From Cenococcum geophilum (taxonomy: Eukaryota), in contig CP158635.1 in the NCBI GenBank assembly GCA_050273025.1, positions 19,282,001-19,346,000 on the forward strand: 64,000 bases of DNA. Direction: 5' to 3'. Position 1 is the first letter of the stretch. Every line of letters begins with the position of its first letter. Both the position numbers and the translations under genes were made by a program. Shown piece by piece: positions 48,325-60,900 of the stretch. Below the pieces are notes generated by a model. It was not told the origin of the DNA. It worked only from the letters and a program-made list of their open reading frames with translations, and made no database searches.

Positions 48325-51300
48325 TGTTGGTACCACTAGGGATACCTATTGCAATAGGCCGGAATTGTAGTTAAACAGTCTTTGCTGGTTAATACGATGA
48401 TAGTTAATTAATTCTTAAAGCTGTGCGAGGGAAAGGGGCTTAAGGCCCCTTCGCTTTGCTTCGCTTCGCTTATTATGGCTTAGTGCTATATATAAATATT
48501 TTAACATAGGCAGTTTTTTCTTTTATAGCCTAAGACTAGAATATATATAAATTGTACTAGATAGTACTGGGCAGTATTAGGTAGATTGCCATAAACTGCC
48601 GCACATTGCCGTATATTGCCGCATATTGCCGCAAATTACCTAGGACTGGGTAGGCTTTTCTCCTCTCTTTACCTATCCTTCTATTTATACCTTAAGGTAG
48701 TTAGTATCTAAGAACTTTTCTAATGCCTTATTAGGGTTAGACTTAGTTATAGTATCTATTAGGTTGTCTTGGCCGTTAATCTAGCGGATCTCTAGTAGTT
48801 TTCTTCACTCATATAATTGGCGAAGGGCTATAATGTTAATTATTAGACGCTTTTTTTTAGTAGTTTTAAGCTTAATAAGGCATTCCTAGAGTAAGTAAGA
48901 GTTAGTATAGATAATGGTTGGAATTTAGAAAAGACTAAGTTAATCTATAATTATCTTAAGAGTAGTATTAATAATAATTGCTATATCTACTCCTCCTACT
49001 ATGCCGTAGATCTCTAATGCTAGGACGCTCCTAGTTACTCGCTTACTTTTAGTTAAGCTATAATAGATTAAGTTTCCCTTAATCTAGAATTTCTTCTCTA
49101 TTATCTTAGTCTTATTTACAATAATAATTTTATATCTAATCTAGGAACTAAAATCTTTATTATTTATAAATAATCTATTAATAAAGATAAGTTAAGGGTA
49201 ATATAGTTAATGCCTTAATCTATATACTTTATCTGCTATGCAAGTCTCTTATTTAAAGTAGTAATATTAGCTTCGGTTAGATTCTAGTATTAGGCAGTAA
49301 CTAAGAGGTTAAATACAGCCTCTAGTTAATAGATGGTTGTAATATAGGCTCTATAAGCCTATTACTCTCTATAGTTGTTCTAGAAGTTAGGAGATTTAGT
49401 ATCTATATACTTAAGCTTCTTTGCCTATTCCTTTTAACGCAACTAGATGGTATTCTTATATTATGTTAGTACACATCTATTAAAAATTAATGGGTTTTCC
49501 GGTGCTAGGGCTTCCTTAGGCTTTATAAGGAACTTAGCTTTACTAAGCTTATTATCCTCTAAGACTAAGAATTCTTCTAATGCTAAGATAAGTGTGTTAT
49601 TAGTTTGCATTCCTATAAGGCTAAATACCTTCTTAGTTATAATTAGGAAGCAAGGGTCGTAGGTAGATATAATTATAGATAGCTTTTCCTTATAATGCTT
49701 ATAATATATAGCCCACTAATAGGTTCTAGCTTTAGGAATCCTATACAATGGCTTTAAAACAACTATAATGGTATTTAGTGGATATATATAGATAATTTCC
49801 TTTAGAAGATTTGCAAGAATTAGTTATTAAATAAAAGTCGTTAATTGGGTATAAGCTTAAGTAATATTACGTAGCCATATCTAGATCTTCTTATCTAGAA
49901 GTTAAAATAAAGACGGCGCTAGTGCCGTAATAACTCGTTAACTAGCTCTCTAGATAGTTAGGGATTGCGTAAGAATTATTTCCTTTCTGTTGTTATTATA
50001 CGCTTAAATAATAAGTCTGGATTTTTTATATGGGGTATTTATAGCTTTACCCTTAACTTTATAAATAATTCTTAAGTTAAAAATCCTAACACTAGCATAC
50101 TTAATAGGATCCTATTAAATAAAGTTAAAGACTCCTTGTCTAGTTAAGCTATTAACTTCCTATTTTATTAAAGCTTTAAATAGTGCTCTAGGAGTATTAA
50201 TTTTACCCTCTTTCTGTAGCTTTAATATAAGTACTATATTAGCTTACTCCTTGCTTATTATAAAAGCCATTAGGGTTATTTAGGTATTAGTCTCCTTAAT
50301 AGTAGTAAGGAAGGCTTAGTTAAAGTTATCTTTATTAGTAAAATAGTGGCGGGTGCTTTAACAGGTAATAATTTCTTTATTAGATACGTCTTTATTATAT
50401 AATCCCTTTAATTATCCTTAACTATATTATATAATTAGTTTTAGGTTAACTAGTTTAGTTTCCTTATTTAGTTCTTTTTCCTTATTAGATTAGTTAACTT
50501 AGTCCTCCTATTCTAGAACATTTAGTATCTCCTCTTTTATATAGTATGGTTTAATAATAGTTAATTGGAAGTTAGTTAGTTTATGCGGTATATTAATTAT
50601 ATATATTTCGCCGTTAATTGCTAATAGTTTATACGGTCCGTTCTAACCGTCCTTTTTACGCCATACACGTACTTCTAAAAGAATTAGTAAACTTAGTATA
50701 GATATAGTATTTAGGCCGTTTCTTATAGCAAGCGTATCTTTAACTTAGCGCTTTACTTAGAGATAATAAACTTCCTTAATAGCTGCACAGATTGCTTTAG
50801 CTCTTTTAGTAATAGATGGCGATAGAGTATCTATTTTAGTCATTTGTAGATATACCCTAAAGACTAAAAGAGTGGGAATAATTCCATCTAGTTTAGCTAA
50901 ATTATTAATGGCCTTTACAGCTATCTGTAAACTTATTTCTTTATTAACCTATTTATCTATAAGCTCTTCTTAGATAATTTCGTAAGCTTATCGCAATAGA
51001 GTATAATATCTCTTAACCTTTTCTATACTGTTATAGGCTTTTATAGGAACTTTCTTAATCTTAATTGCCATTAACTTGGTATATTGTCTAAATTTAGTTA
51101 ATAAGAAGTTCCTTTCTATATTGTGAACTAAGTAATCCGGTGGTCCTTGGTAAGTGTTAATCTAGCACATTTATAGTATATTTTAAGCATTCTTTATAGA
51201 TATATCTCTTAAGAACTTAGCAGCTTAGAATAATATTAAAGAGTCTACTACTTATAGAACTGGCTTGCCATCTAAGTATATAATATTAATAATAACTTTA

Positions 51301-54300
51301 TAATTAAATTCGTAGTCATCCCTTAAGGTAAACTTAAATCTACTAGGCGATTTCGTATATATCTGGTAATAGTAACAGTATTTTATAAGGTATTTAATAG
51401 CCTTAGAATTTACTTTATATCTAGCTTATTAAAGAACTTTAGTTAGTTATTAAACTAATAGATAACTAAAGCGTTTATGCAATTAACGTAATTTAGTTTT
51501 AGTTAAGTAACTCTAGGCAATACTATGTTCTGGTTAGTAGAGTAACATCTATAAATGGCCCCATTTTTATATAACTAGGATAATCTTATTGCCTTAGATT
51601 AAAATATTTTAAAGATTATCTAGCTTAATACCTATTTTATCTATATCTTAGATATAAAATAAGAATGGTATATTTACTAAGATAATATAGAAGGTAATAA
51701 TACCTAGCGGGGTAGGAACTTAGATAGTGCCTTAGAATAATATAGTGCCTTTACCAAATCTAATCTTGTAAGCTCCAGCTATGGTAGTATTAAGTTAGAC
51801 ACTAGTATTAAGCTTTTATAATGCCTAAAATTAAAGTTAGCCAGTAGTTAATATACCTATAGCTCCGCTATCTAGTATAATGCCCTAAAAGACCTCTAAT
51901 GAATATTAGTCCTTAAATATAAATACTAAGGTCTTTAGCAACTATAGTAGTAGTGCCTTAAAGATATCTTCGCCAGTAACCGTGTGCTAGGTAGACTGGT
52001 TGTTTAAAATAGCTATAGTCTAGGTACTATTAACTTCTCTAAACTCCGTAAAATATATACTATATTCCTCCTTAATCTCTATACTTATCATTATATGGTC
52101 TACTTCTCCTACGTTATTATTTAGAAGATCTTCTACTCCTTCCTATATAGCAAGGAAGCCGTAATACTAGGCTAATATAACTTCCTACTCTCCTATATAT
52201 TAGGTATATTATTAATACTTAATATATACTTATTATCTGTCTTCTACTATATACTTACTTAACTAGTATCTAGGCTTATTATAGATATAGCATTGCTTCT
52301 AACGGGGTAGGTAGTAGTTGCGATATCCGCTATAGTAGTTTCCTCTACTTTAGTATCCTTCTTTATGTAGACGTGATTTACGCTAGGAGCCTCTTTGGGG
52401 TCCTCTATATATATAATTGGTCTAATTCTAGTTGTACTGCTTAGTATTACTTTAATTATCTTGCTTCTGGGGGGCAGTTTACGTATAGTATTATTATATT
52501 TTTTAGGTATATACTACTGTTCCTACTACTAATCGCAACTAAGTATACATACCCTTAAATATAGTGGCCGGGTTATATAATACAAGACTATACTTATTAA
52601 CACCTCTATAGGCACTAATAACTTAATCCTAAAGACTATATTCTCTTTAGTATTCTTCTAATAGTCTACGTTAGATCTTTTAGAGTTTATTAAAGAGCAT
52701 TTACAGATACTTAAGTCGTAATTTTTCTAAGTTGGCGTTAATAATTCGCTAATATATAGTCTCTCTCTATTCCAATATATACAGCTAGCGGTTTTCCTTA
52801 GTCTTAAAGTATATCTTCACTATTTATACTATTATAATAAAGTTATACAATCTTCCCGTAATCTTATTATAGTAAAAATTGCTTACCCAATCCTTAAGCA
52901 TAATTAGAAATGCTATGTAATATTATTCCTCTAGCACTTTAACTATAATATAATAATTATAGAATACTTATAGCTTGGCATTAAGAATATTATATACTTC
53001 TCCTCTATACTTCTTAGTATTATTAGTATAAAACTTTATTAAGTCTATAAGTAGCTTAGTTAAAGTAATCTAGGGTTATTATTAGTTCTACATATTCTAT
53101 TTATGGTAGTGCTAGTAAGGTAGTTAAGCTTATTCATTACATAGTTGTGTAAGTAATATCCTTATTACAATTGCGGGCATTTATAATAGTAATAGCAATT
53201 TAAACCGGTTTATTAATATAGGTAGGTTATATAGTATAGGTAAGTTCTATAATACAGGTATATTTAGCTATAATAGTGGTAAAGGAGGGTAGGTATGTTA
53301 ATCTTGTGGGATATCTTATTAATGCTGCTTTGCTGCTGCTAGTATAGCCAAGGTAGCTTAAGGTGTCTCTAGAGTAGTCTAGGGTATTAATGCTTCTACT
53401 AATTTTAGTGCTTATAACTTACAATTTATAGGGTTCCACTATAAATAAAATTCGCCGCCTTTTCTAAGCTGCTAATTAATTTCTTCTTTAGTCTATTTAT
53501 AATATTCTTCTTCCTTAATAGCAATTTATAAGTTTATAGAAAGGGTTCTCCTATCTCTACCTACGTAGCATCTATATACTTATAAGTAATCCCGTAATAT
53601 TTAAACTAAATTCTTATAACTAAGATTAAAGATATCCTTTATCTATCCTTTAAAATCTTCTTAAAAGTATTCCTATAGGATTCGGTCCTTAAACTTCTTA
53701 TCTTAGTAGTACTGGATATAGTATATAATATATCTATTTACTATTTCTGTATTAAGGTTAGCTTTATTTATAGGATTAAATAATTCTCCCTATTTCTCTT
53801 TATTATAGGCGTATTTATCTTATAATAATATATTAATTAACTGGTTCAAAAGGGGTTAATATAGTTAAAAGTAATATAAGGTCGGGTTTGTAGGTAGATT
53901 AGAGGTAAAGTTAAGGTTATTATAATAACGTTCTTAATAGAGACTTAGAGCATTAGTAGAGGGAGAGGTTCTTAGCTTACCGATTCTACTTAAGTCCTTA
54001 TAAATGTTGTTGTTCTGCGTAATAGACGCGACTTAAAGAGTTAGACGGAAAGAAAGGTTCTTAGCTTACTAATTCTATATAAGTCCTTAGAAATCTTATA
54101 TAGCTTCTTTAACACTTACTAAAGATATATACTAGCTTCCTCTAGAAGCCTTTAAAGTTACTTTACTAATTACCTCTAGCACATTCCTATAAAGGGGTGG
54201 GGATACAATCCTGATATTTACAGTTTAGCCTCTTCTAAACAGATTCCTTACTATTCTATAGTTAATAATTAATAACCACTAATTAGTGTTAGTATTACTA

Positions 54301-54468
54301 GGGATACCTATTATAATAGGCCGGAATCGTAGTTAAATAGTCTTTACTAGTTAATATAATAATAGTTAATTAATTCTTAAAGCTATGCAAGGAAAAGGGG
54401 CTTAAGGCCCCTTCGCTTCACTTCGCTTCGCTTGTCGTGGCCTAATGCTATACGTAAATATTCCGATA
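48325..54468 (-). mobile_element. GalEa-type Copia family C copy 2, full length, RIP-degraded
   Basis: 182-bp LTRs 48325-48506 and 54287-54468; TSD AATAA/AATAA; RT VVLKPLY(G)IP(E)A(G)T...STYDPCFL...MQT(DD)TLI ~49590-49770; colinear with C1. Confidence 0.93.
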
Positions 54469-57050
54469 AATAAAGATCCCTAAATCCTTTTTATTTTTTA
54501 GTTTAGTAACCTACTTAGCTCTTAGTATATCTACTTTAAGCCTATTAGTAATTTTTTATATATCTAAGTATACTAAACCTCTTATCTAGTTTCTATTCTT
54601 ACTATACAATAATTCTCTACTGGAATTCTTTTATAGTTTCTTTTAGTTTATATCTTATAGATAAATCCTTAAAGTTTTCTTACTTCTTAATCTTAGTATT
54701 AATATTTTAATCCTATTACTAGATTCTATTTATAATTTCTTTAATAATCCTTATTTACTTCTAAAAATCTTAGTTCTATAGGATTTTTAATCCTAAGCTT
54801 ACTTTTATTTTAAGCTTTACTCTAGCCTTAATTTAATTAGGCTTTACTAGTGTTCTTATCTTATCTTAAGAATTTTAAATCTCACTTATCTTATCTTAAG
54901 AATCTTATATCTTTAGGAAACTTTATCCTAAGCTTATTTATATATTACTAAACTAAGCTATTACTCTACTTTATTAGTTATTGTCTATTATAGGTCCTTA
55001 AGCTTACCTTATTTTATTTTAAGAATCTTAATTATCTTATATCTTATCTTAAGAGTCTTAAGCTTTTAGCCTTTTGCCTTTATTAAGTGCTAAAGTAGTT
55101 TACTATTTTACTTCTCTTATATCTCGTAAAGTAATAAATATTATATCTAGTAGGGTCTTAATTTTAACTAATATTCCCTATTCTATAGTGGAATTATCCT
55201 CTACCTCTTATATAATATCTTTAAGGTCTATATACTTTTAGTAAGCTACTTTTATTACCTTATTATTATAAAATATTTTACCTATATTAAAATTATTATC
55301 CTTAATATCCGATCTATAAATTAGTTTATTAGTTCCTCTAAATTCTATAGATTTTAGCTCCCATAGCTAATAGCTTACGCTATACTTAGCGTCCTTATAA
55401 ATTTAGTATACGTTATTATAGTAAAACGCAAAACTATTAATTAAACTCTCTTTTATTCCTTATAGTATACTATTATTCCTTTATACGTATATATCTTTTA
55501 CTAGTCTTATTTCTTTTACTATATAGTAACCTTAACTACTCTTATAGTCTTTAATATAGTAACCCTATTTCCCGTAATTTATATAAGTTCCTTCTTTAAA
55601 CTATTTTTCTTATTATAGAGTTCACCTAAATGTCTTCTATTATTAAGATCCCTAGTTTAGCCTTTACTCCTTAAACCTTTAATTACTTAATCTTTACCCT
55701 CTAAGTTTCTATAGTTATTTATTTTATTTTTTATTTTCTTTAATACTACTTAGGTCTATTAGCTCTGCGCTATACTATAGTTTTTAACTTTAACTTTATT
55801 ATTATATGCTTTACGCCTTATATAACTATTGAACTCTATCTTAACCTTTCTTAGTTTACTCTCTTTAGTAGATCCTATTATTAATCTTAATTACTTAATT
55901 AATTAGATTTCTAAAAGTGTCTATATCTTTTATTAGGATAATTATATCCTAGACTTTTACCTTAAGTCCCTATTTATACTATACTATAAGCGCCTTATTA
56001 TTCTATTTAACTTATATTACTAATATTTAAAATTGCGTTATATATTTAATTGCTAAAGTCCTCTATACTAGGTTTTAAAGCTTTTTTTCCACTATTATAG
56101 TTACCTCTAGGTCTCTAAATATTTGTGTTAGTTATTCTATAAACCTATTTTAACTTAAAAATATATACCTAACCTCCTAGTTAGTAGTTATTATACTATA
56201 TTCTTATATTTTTATAAGGTAAGATTTAAACCACTTAAGTGGCCTTTTTATTAAGAATAATCCTCTATAAATAACTTAATCTATAAGCGTTTCTAGTTTA
56301 ACTCCCTTTATATTACCTTAAAGTGTATTTATATAAGAAATCCCTTAAGCTTTAACTTCTTTCTTAAGAATTATTTAATTAAGGGTAACTTAACCTTAGC
56401 TACTTTAATCCTACTAATCCTTTCTTTAAGTATTTTGTTATTATCTATTAATTAATTAACTATTTCCTATAGTTGTCTAATAGTAACTAACTAAGAGTTA
56501 GTATTTTTTGCTATGCTAGTATTATTACCTAATCTTAATATAGTTGCTATTATTAATATTGTTATAGCTAGTGCTTTTAGTAGTATATTATTTAACTTTT
56601 TTTACTATAACCTTAGTAGTAAATATATAATAAAGCCTTATAGTAGGAACTACGGTAAACTTATTAATAGGCTAGGTATATAGGTATAAAATAGTTAATA
56701 ATATAATAATAACTAGTAGAGTAGTTGCCTAATAGATTAACTCTAATTATATTCTAAGATTTACTATAAAGAAGAGAACTATCTAGGTAGGGATTATAGT
56801 CCTTTAAATATATAACTATACTCCTAAGAAATCCCCTTAGTATATAAGGTACGTATACTCTACCTACTTTATTATAGATCTTGCAGATTCTATAAATTAT
56901 ATAAATTACGTTATATAACCTTAGTTACTATTCCTTATTATATAGCTCTATCGGCTCCATTTTAGACCGCGCCTAAATTAACTAACTAGCTTCTTTTAAC
57001 TCCTTTCCTAGTAGTTATAATATTGTACTTAAAGCGTCCGTAATATTATT

Positions 57051-57917
57051 TATTGTCTTAACTAGTCTTATATAACTACTAGATTGTTTATAAAGTTTAA
57101 AAGCAGTAGGGTATATTTTACTTTCCTTAACCTTATAGTATTATATAACCGTATAAATAGCCCTATTATATTAATAAATCTCCTCTTTAAATATAGTACC
57201 TAATAGGCTAACGACCGCATTAACTAATTCCTTTTATTTTAATAATATGCCTTTATAGAGATCCATTATTACCTTAGCCTCTATATTAACTTAAACGCCA
57301 ACAAGCTACAGTTTAATATTATATACTAGTTGCTCCTATTTCTAGGTCTCCTTAATATCTTTAAAAAGTATATACCGCTAGCGTTGCCTTTCCCTATTAA
57401 TTTCACCATTAAGCGCCTTATACTTTAGATATTTTATAGCTTTACCTTTAAGACGGTATTTAAGTTACTCTCTTTACTTAAGTAGAGAATAAATAGTAGG
57501 ATAATTGTTAACTAATAAAGATTATTCTATTATAAGCCGCCGTAGTTATTAAAAATTAATTAAACGGCTTATAGTATAAGCGGCCCGCATTAGTATATCT
57601 TAGGGCTAGAGGCCTTAGATAATCGCCTATATATCTACTATAATACGTTATAATAGGTAGTGCCTTAAGAACGTTTATATATTAGTATACTATATTATTA
57701 GGTTTTATATAGCCTTACTAACGTTGCCTATATTTTTCTTTAGTACTTTTAATAGAAAGGCTAGTTGTAACAGAGCTTATTATTCTTATTAAATGCCTTT
57801 TTAGTATTATATCTAAGCAAATATAGGCGAGACACCTAAGTAAAGCTAGTAATCTCTTTAAGCCCTTTAGTCTAAGGTATAAGGGTAAAATATAAAAGAG
57901 GTTTATTATAAGAAAAG
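57051..57917 (-). pseudogene. Starship captain (DUF3435 tyrosine recombinase), catalytic and central segment with one intron (57780-57728)
   Basis: Reads PLLYFTLIP*TKGLKEITSFT*VSRLYLLRYNTKKAFNKN / GNVSKAI*NLII*YTNI*TFLRHYLL*RIIVDI*AII*GL*P*DILMRAAYTISRLIN; de-RIP L.YSTL.PW...LGEITGF.QV.RPYSLRYGAGKAF / GNVS.A.QNL.MQHA..RTFLRHYLSRR.T.DTQA..RGL.PQ..LMRAACTMSRSIDPRRPRRL. Continues in frame into 36981 after removing A2. Confidence 0.88.
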
Positions 57918-60900
57918 TGTTATAAACGCTTTAAGTATAATATTATAACTACTTAGAGAAGAGTTAGAAGAAGTTAGTTAGTTAATATAGGCATGGTCTA
58001 GGATAGAGCTAATAGAACTATATAACGAGAAATAGTAGCTAATGTTATATAACGTGATTTATATAATCTATGGGATCTATATAATCTATAATAGAGTAGA
58101 TAAAATACACATACCTTATATATAAAGGGGATTTCTTAAAAGTATAGTTATATATTTAAAGGACCACAGTCCCTACCTAGATAGTTCTCTCCTTTATAGT
58201 AAATCTTATAATATAATTAAAGTTAATTTATTAGGCAACTACTCTACTAAGTTATTATTACGTTGTTAACTATTCTATACCTATATACTTAGCCTATTAA
58301 TAAATTTACTATAGTTTTTACTATAAGGCTTTATTATATATTTACTACCATAATTATAGTAAAAGAAGTTAAATAATATACCACTAAAAGTATTAGCTAT
58401 AACGCTGTTAATAGCAGTAATTATATTAAGATTAGGTAATAATACTAGTATAGCAGAAAATACTAACTCTTAGTTAATTACCGTTAGATAGCTATAGAAA
58501 ATAGTTAACTAATTAATAGATAATAATAAAATACTTAAAAAAAAAGATTAGTGGGATTAGAGTAGCTAAGGTTAAGTTACCCTTAATTAAGCAATTCTTA
58601 GGAGAAAAATTAAAGCTTAAGGGATTCCTTATATAAATGTACTTTAAGGTTATATAAGAGGGAGTTAAACTAGGAACGCTTATAGATTAAGTTACTTATA
58701 TAGGATTATTCTTAACGGGAAGGGCGCTTAAATAGTTTAAATTTTACCTTATAGAAATATAAGAATATAGTATAATAACTACTAACTAAAAGGTTTAGTA
58801 TATATTCTTAAGTTAAAACGGGTTTATAAAATAATTAATATAAATATTTAGAGACTTAAAGGTAACTATAATAGTAAAAAGAAAGCTTTAAAACCTAGTA
58901 TAAAGAACTTTAGTAATTAAGTATATAATATAGTTTTAAATATTAGTAATATAGGTTAAATAGAATAATAAAGCGCTTATAGTATAGTATAAATAGGGAC
59001 TTAAGGTAAAAGTCTAGGATGTAATTATTCTAATAGAAGATATAAATACTTTTAGGAATTTAATTAACTAAGTATTTAAGATTAATAATAGGATTTACTA
59101 GAGAGAATAGACTAAGAAGGGTTAAAATAGAGTTTTATAGTTATATAAGGCGCAAAGCACGTAATAATAAAGTTAAAGTTAAAAACTATAGTATAGCGTA
59201 GAGCTAATAGACCTAAGTAGTATTAAAGAAAATAAGAAATAGAATAAACGATTATAGAAACCTAGAGGATAAGGATTAAGTAATTAGAGGTCTAAAAAGT
59301 AAAGGCTAAATTAAGGATTTTAATAGCAGAAGATGTTTAGGCAAACTTTATAGTAGGAAAAATAGTTTTAAAAAAGAGCTTATATAAATTGCGGAAAATA
59401 AGGTTACTATATTAAAGACTATAAAAGTAGTTAGAGTTACTATATAGTAAAAGGAATAAGACTAGTAGAAGATATATATATATAGAGGGATAATAGTATA
59501 CTATAAGGAATAAAAGAATATTTAATTAATAGTTTTATATTTTGTTATAATAACGTATACTAAATTTATAAGGATGCTAAGTATAGTATAAGCTATTAGC
59601 TATAAGAGCTAAAATTAGTAGAGTTTAGAGAAACTAATAAACTAGTTTATAGATTAGATATTAAGGATAATAAGTTTAATATAGATAAAATATTTTATAA
59701 TAATAAGGTAATAAAGGTAGCTTACTAAAAGTATATAAACCTTAAAGATATTATATAAGAAGTAGAGGATAATTCCACTATAGAATAGGGAATATTAGTT
59801 AGGATTAAGACCCCACTAAATATAATATCTATTGCTTTATAAGATATAAGAAAAGTAGGATAGTAAACTACTTTAGTACTTAATAAAGGTAAAAAGCTAA
59901 AAGCTTAAAATTCTTAAGACAAGATATAAGACAACTAAGATTCTTAAGATAAGATAAGGTAAGCTTAAGGACCTATAATAAACAATAACCAATAAAGTAG
60001 AGTAATAGCTTAGTTTAGCAATATATAAATAAGCTTAGGACGAAGTTTTTTAAGGATATAAGACTCTTAAGATAAGATAAGTAAGATTTAAAACTTTTAA
60101 GATAAGATAAAAATACTAGTAAAGCTTAGTTAAACTAAGGCTAGAGTAAAGCTTAAGATAGAAGTAAGCTTAGGATTAAGAATCCTATAGAACTAAGATT
60201 TTTAGAAATAAATAAGAACTACTAAGAAAATTATAAATAAAATTTAGTAATAGGATTAACACGCTAATACTAAGATTAAGAAGTAAGAAAACTTTAAAAA
60301 TCTATCTATAAGACGTAAACTAAAAGAAACTATAGAAGAATTTAGATAAAGAATTATTATATAGTAAGAATAGAAACTAAATAAGAGATTTAGTATACTT
60401 AGATATATAAAGAATAGAGCACTAGTATAAAGGATTATTAATAGGCCGAGAGTAGGTATACCTAAAACTAAGTAGCTTACTAAACTAGAAAATAAAGAGG
60501 ATTTAGAAATCCCTATTAGGTTTAAAGAATAATATATAAAAGGCTATTATAATATAGTAATAAAAAGATACTTTCTTACGGATAAGCTATATATACTTTA
60601 GTAACTGTATTAAAAGTAGTATAGGCAGCAATATAACGATAAGTGGGAAGATTTCTATATATAGTTAGACGAATAAGTTATTTAAGACTACCTAATTATA
60701 GAGAAGGCCATAACTTATATTAAAGGAGCCTTAATTATAATATTAAAGGATCTAAAGGAATAATTAGAGGATTAAAGAAGTAAAAATATATCTTAGTACC
60801 TATAAATAAAGTTATAATATTTAGATTAATATAGTAAAGGTTTAAACTTAAAGATAAGAATAAGTTAAGAGTTAACCTAAAGTACCTAGCGTACTATACG

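Larger units (their letters stand above)
36982..57045 (-). mobile_element. Ty3/gypsy family A copy 2 (diverged subfamily), inserted in the captain gene; interrupted by GalEa D and C2
   Basis: 420-bp LTRs 36982-37401 and 56626-57045; TSD TTATC/TTATT; colinear with A1 once 39168-45214 and 48325-54468 are removed. Confidence 0.93.

Noticed and set aside
8137..49662. Other ORF-track entries in AT-rich DNA (8137, 11600, 22167, 25902, 40519, 49447)
   Set aside because: Chance open frames inside RIPed retroelements, mostly antisense to gag/pol.
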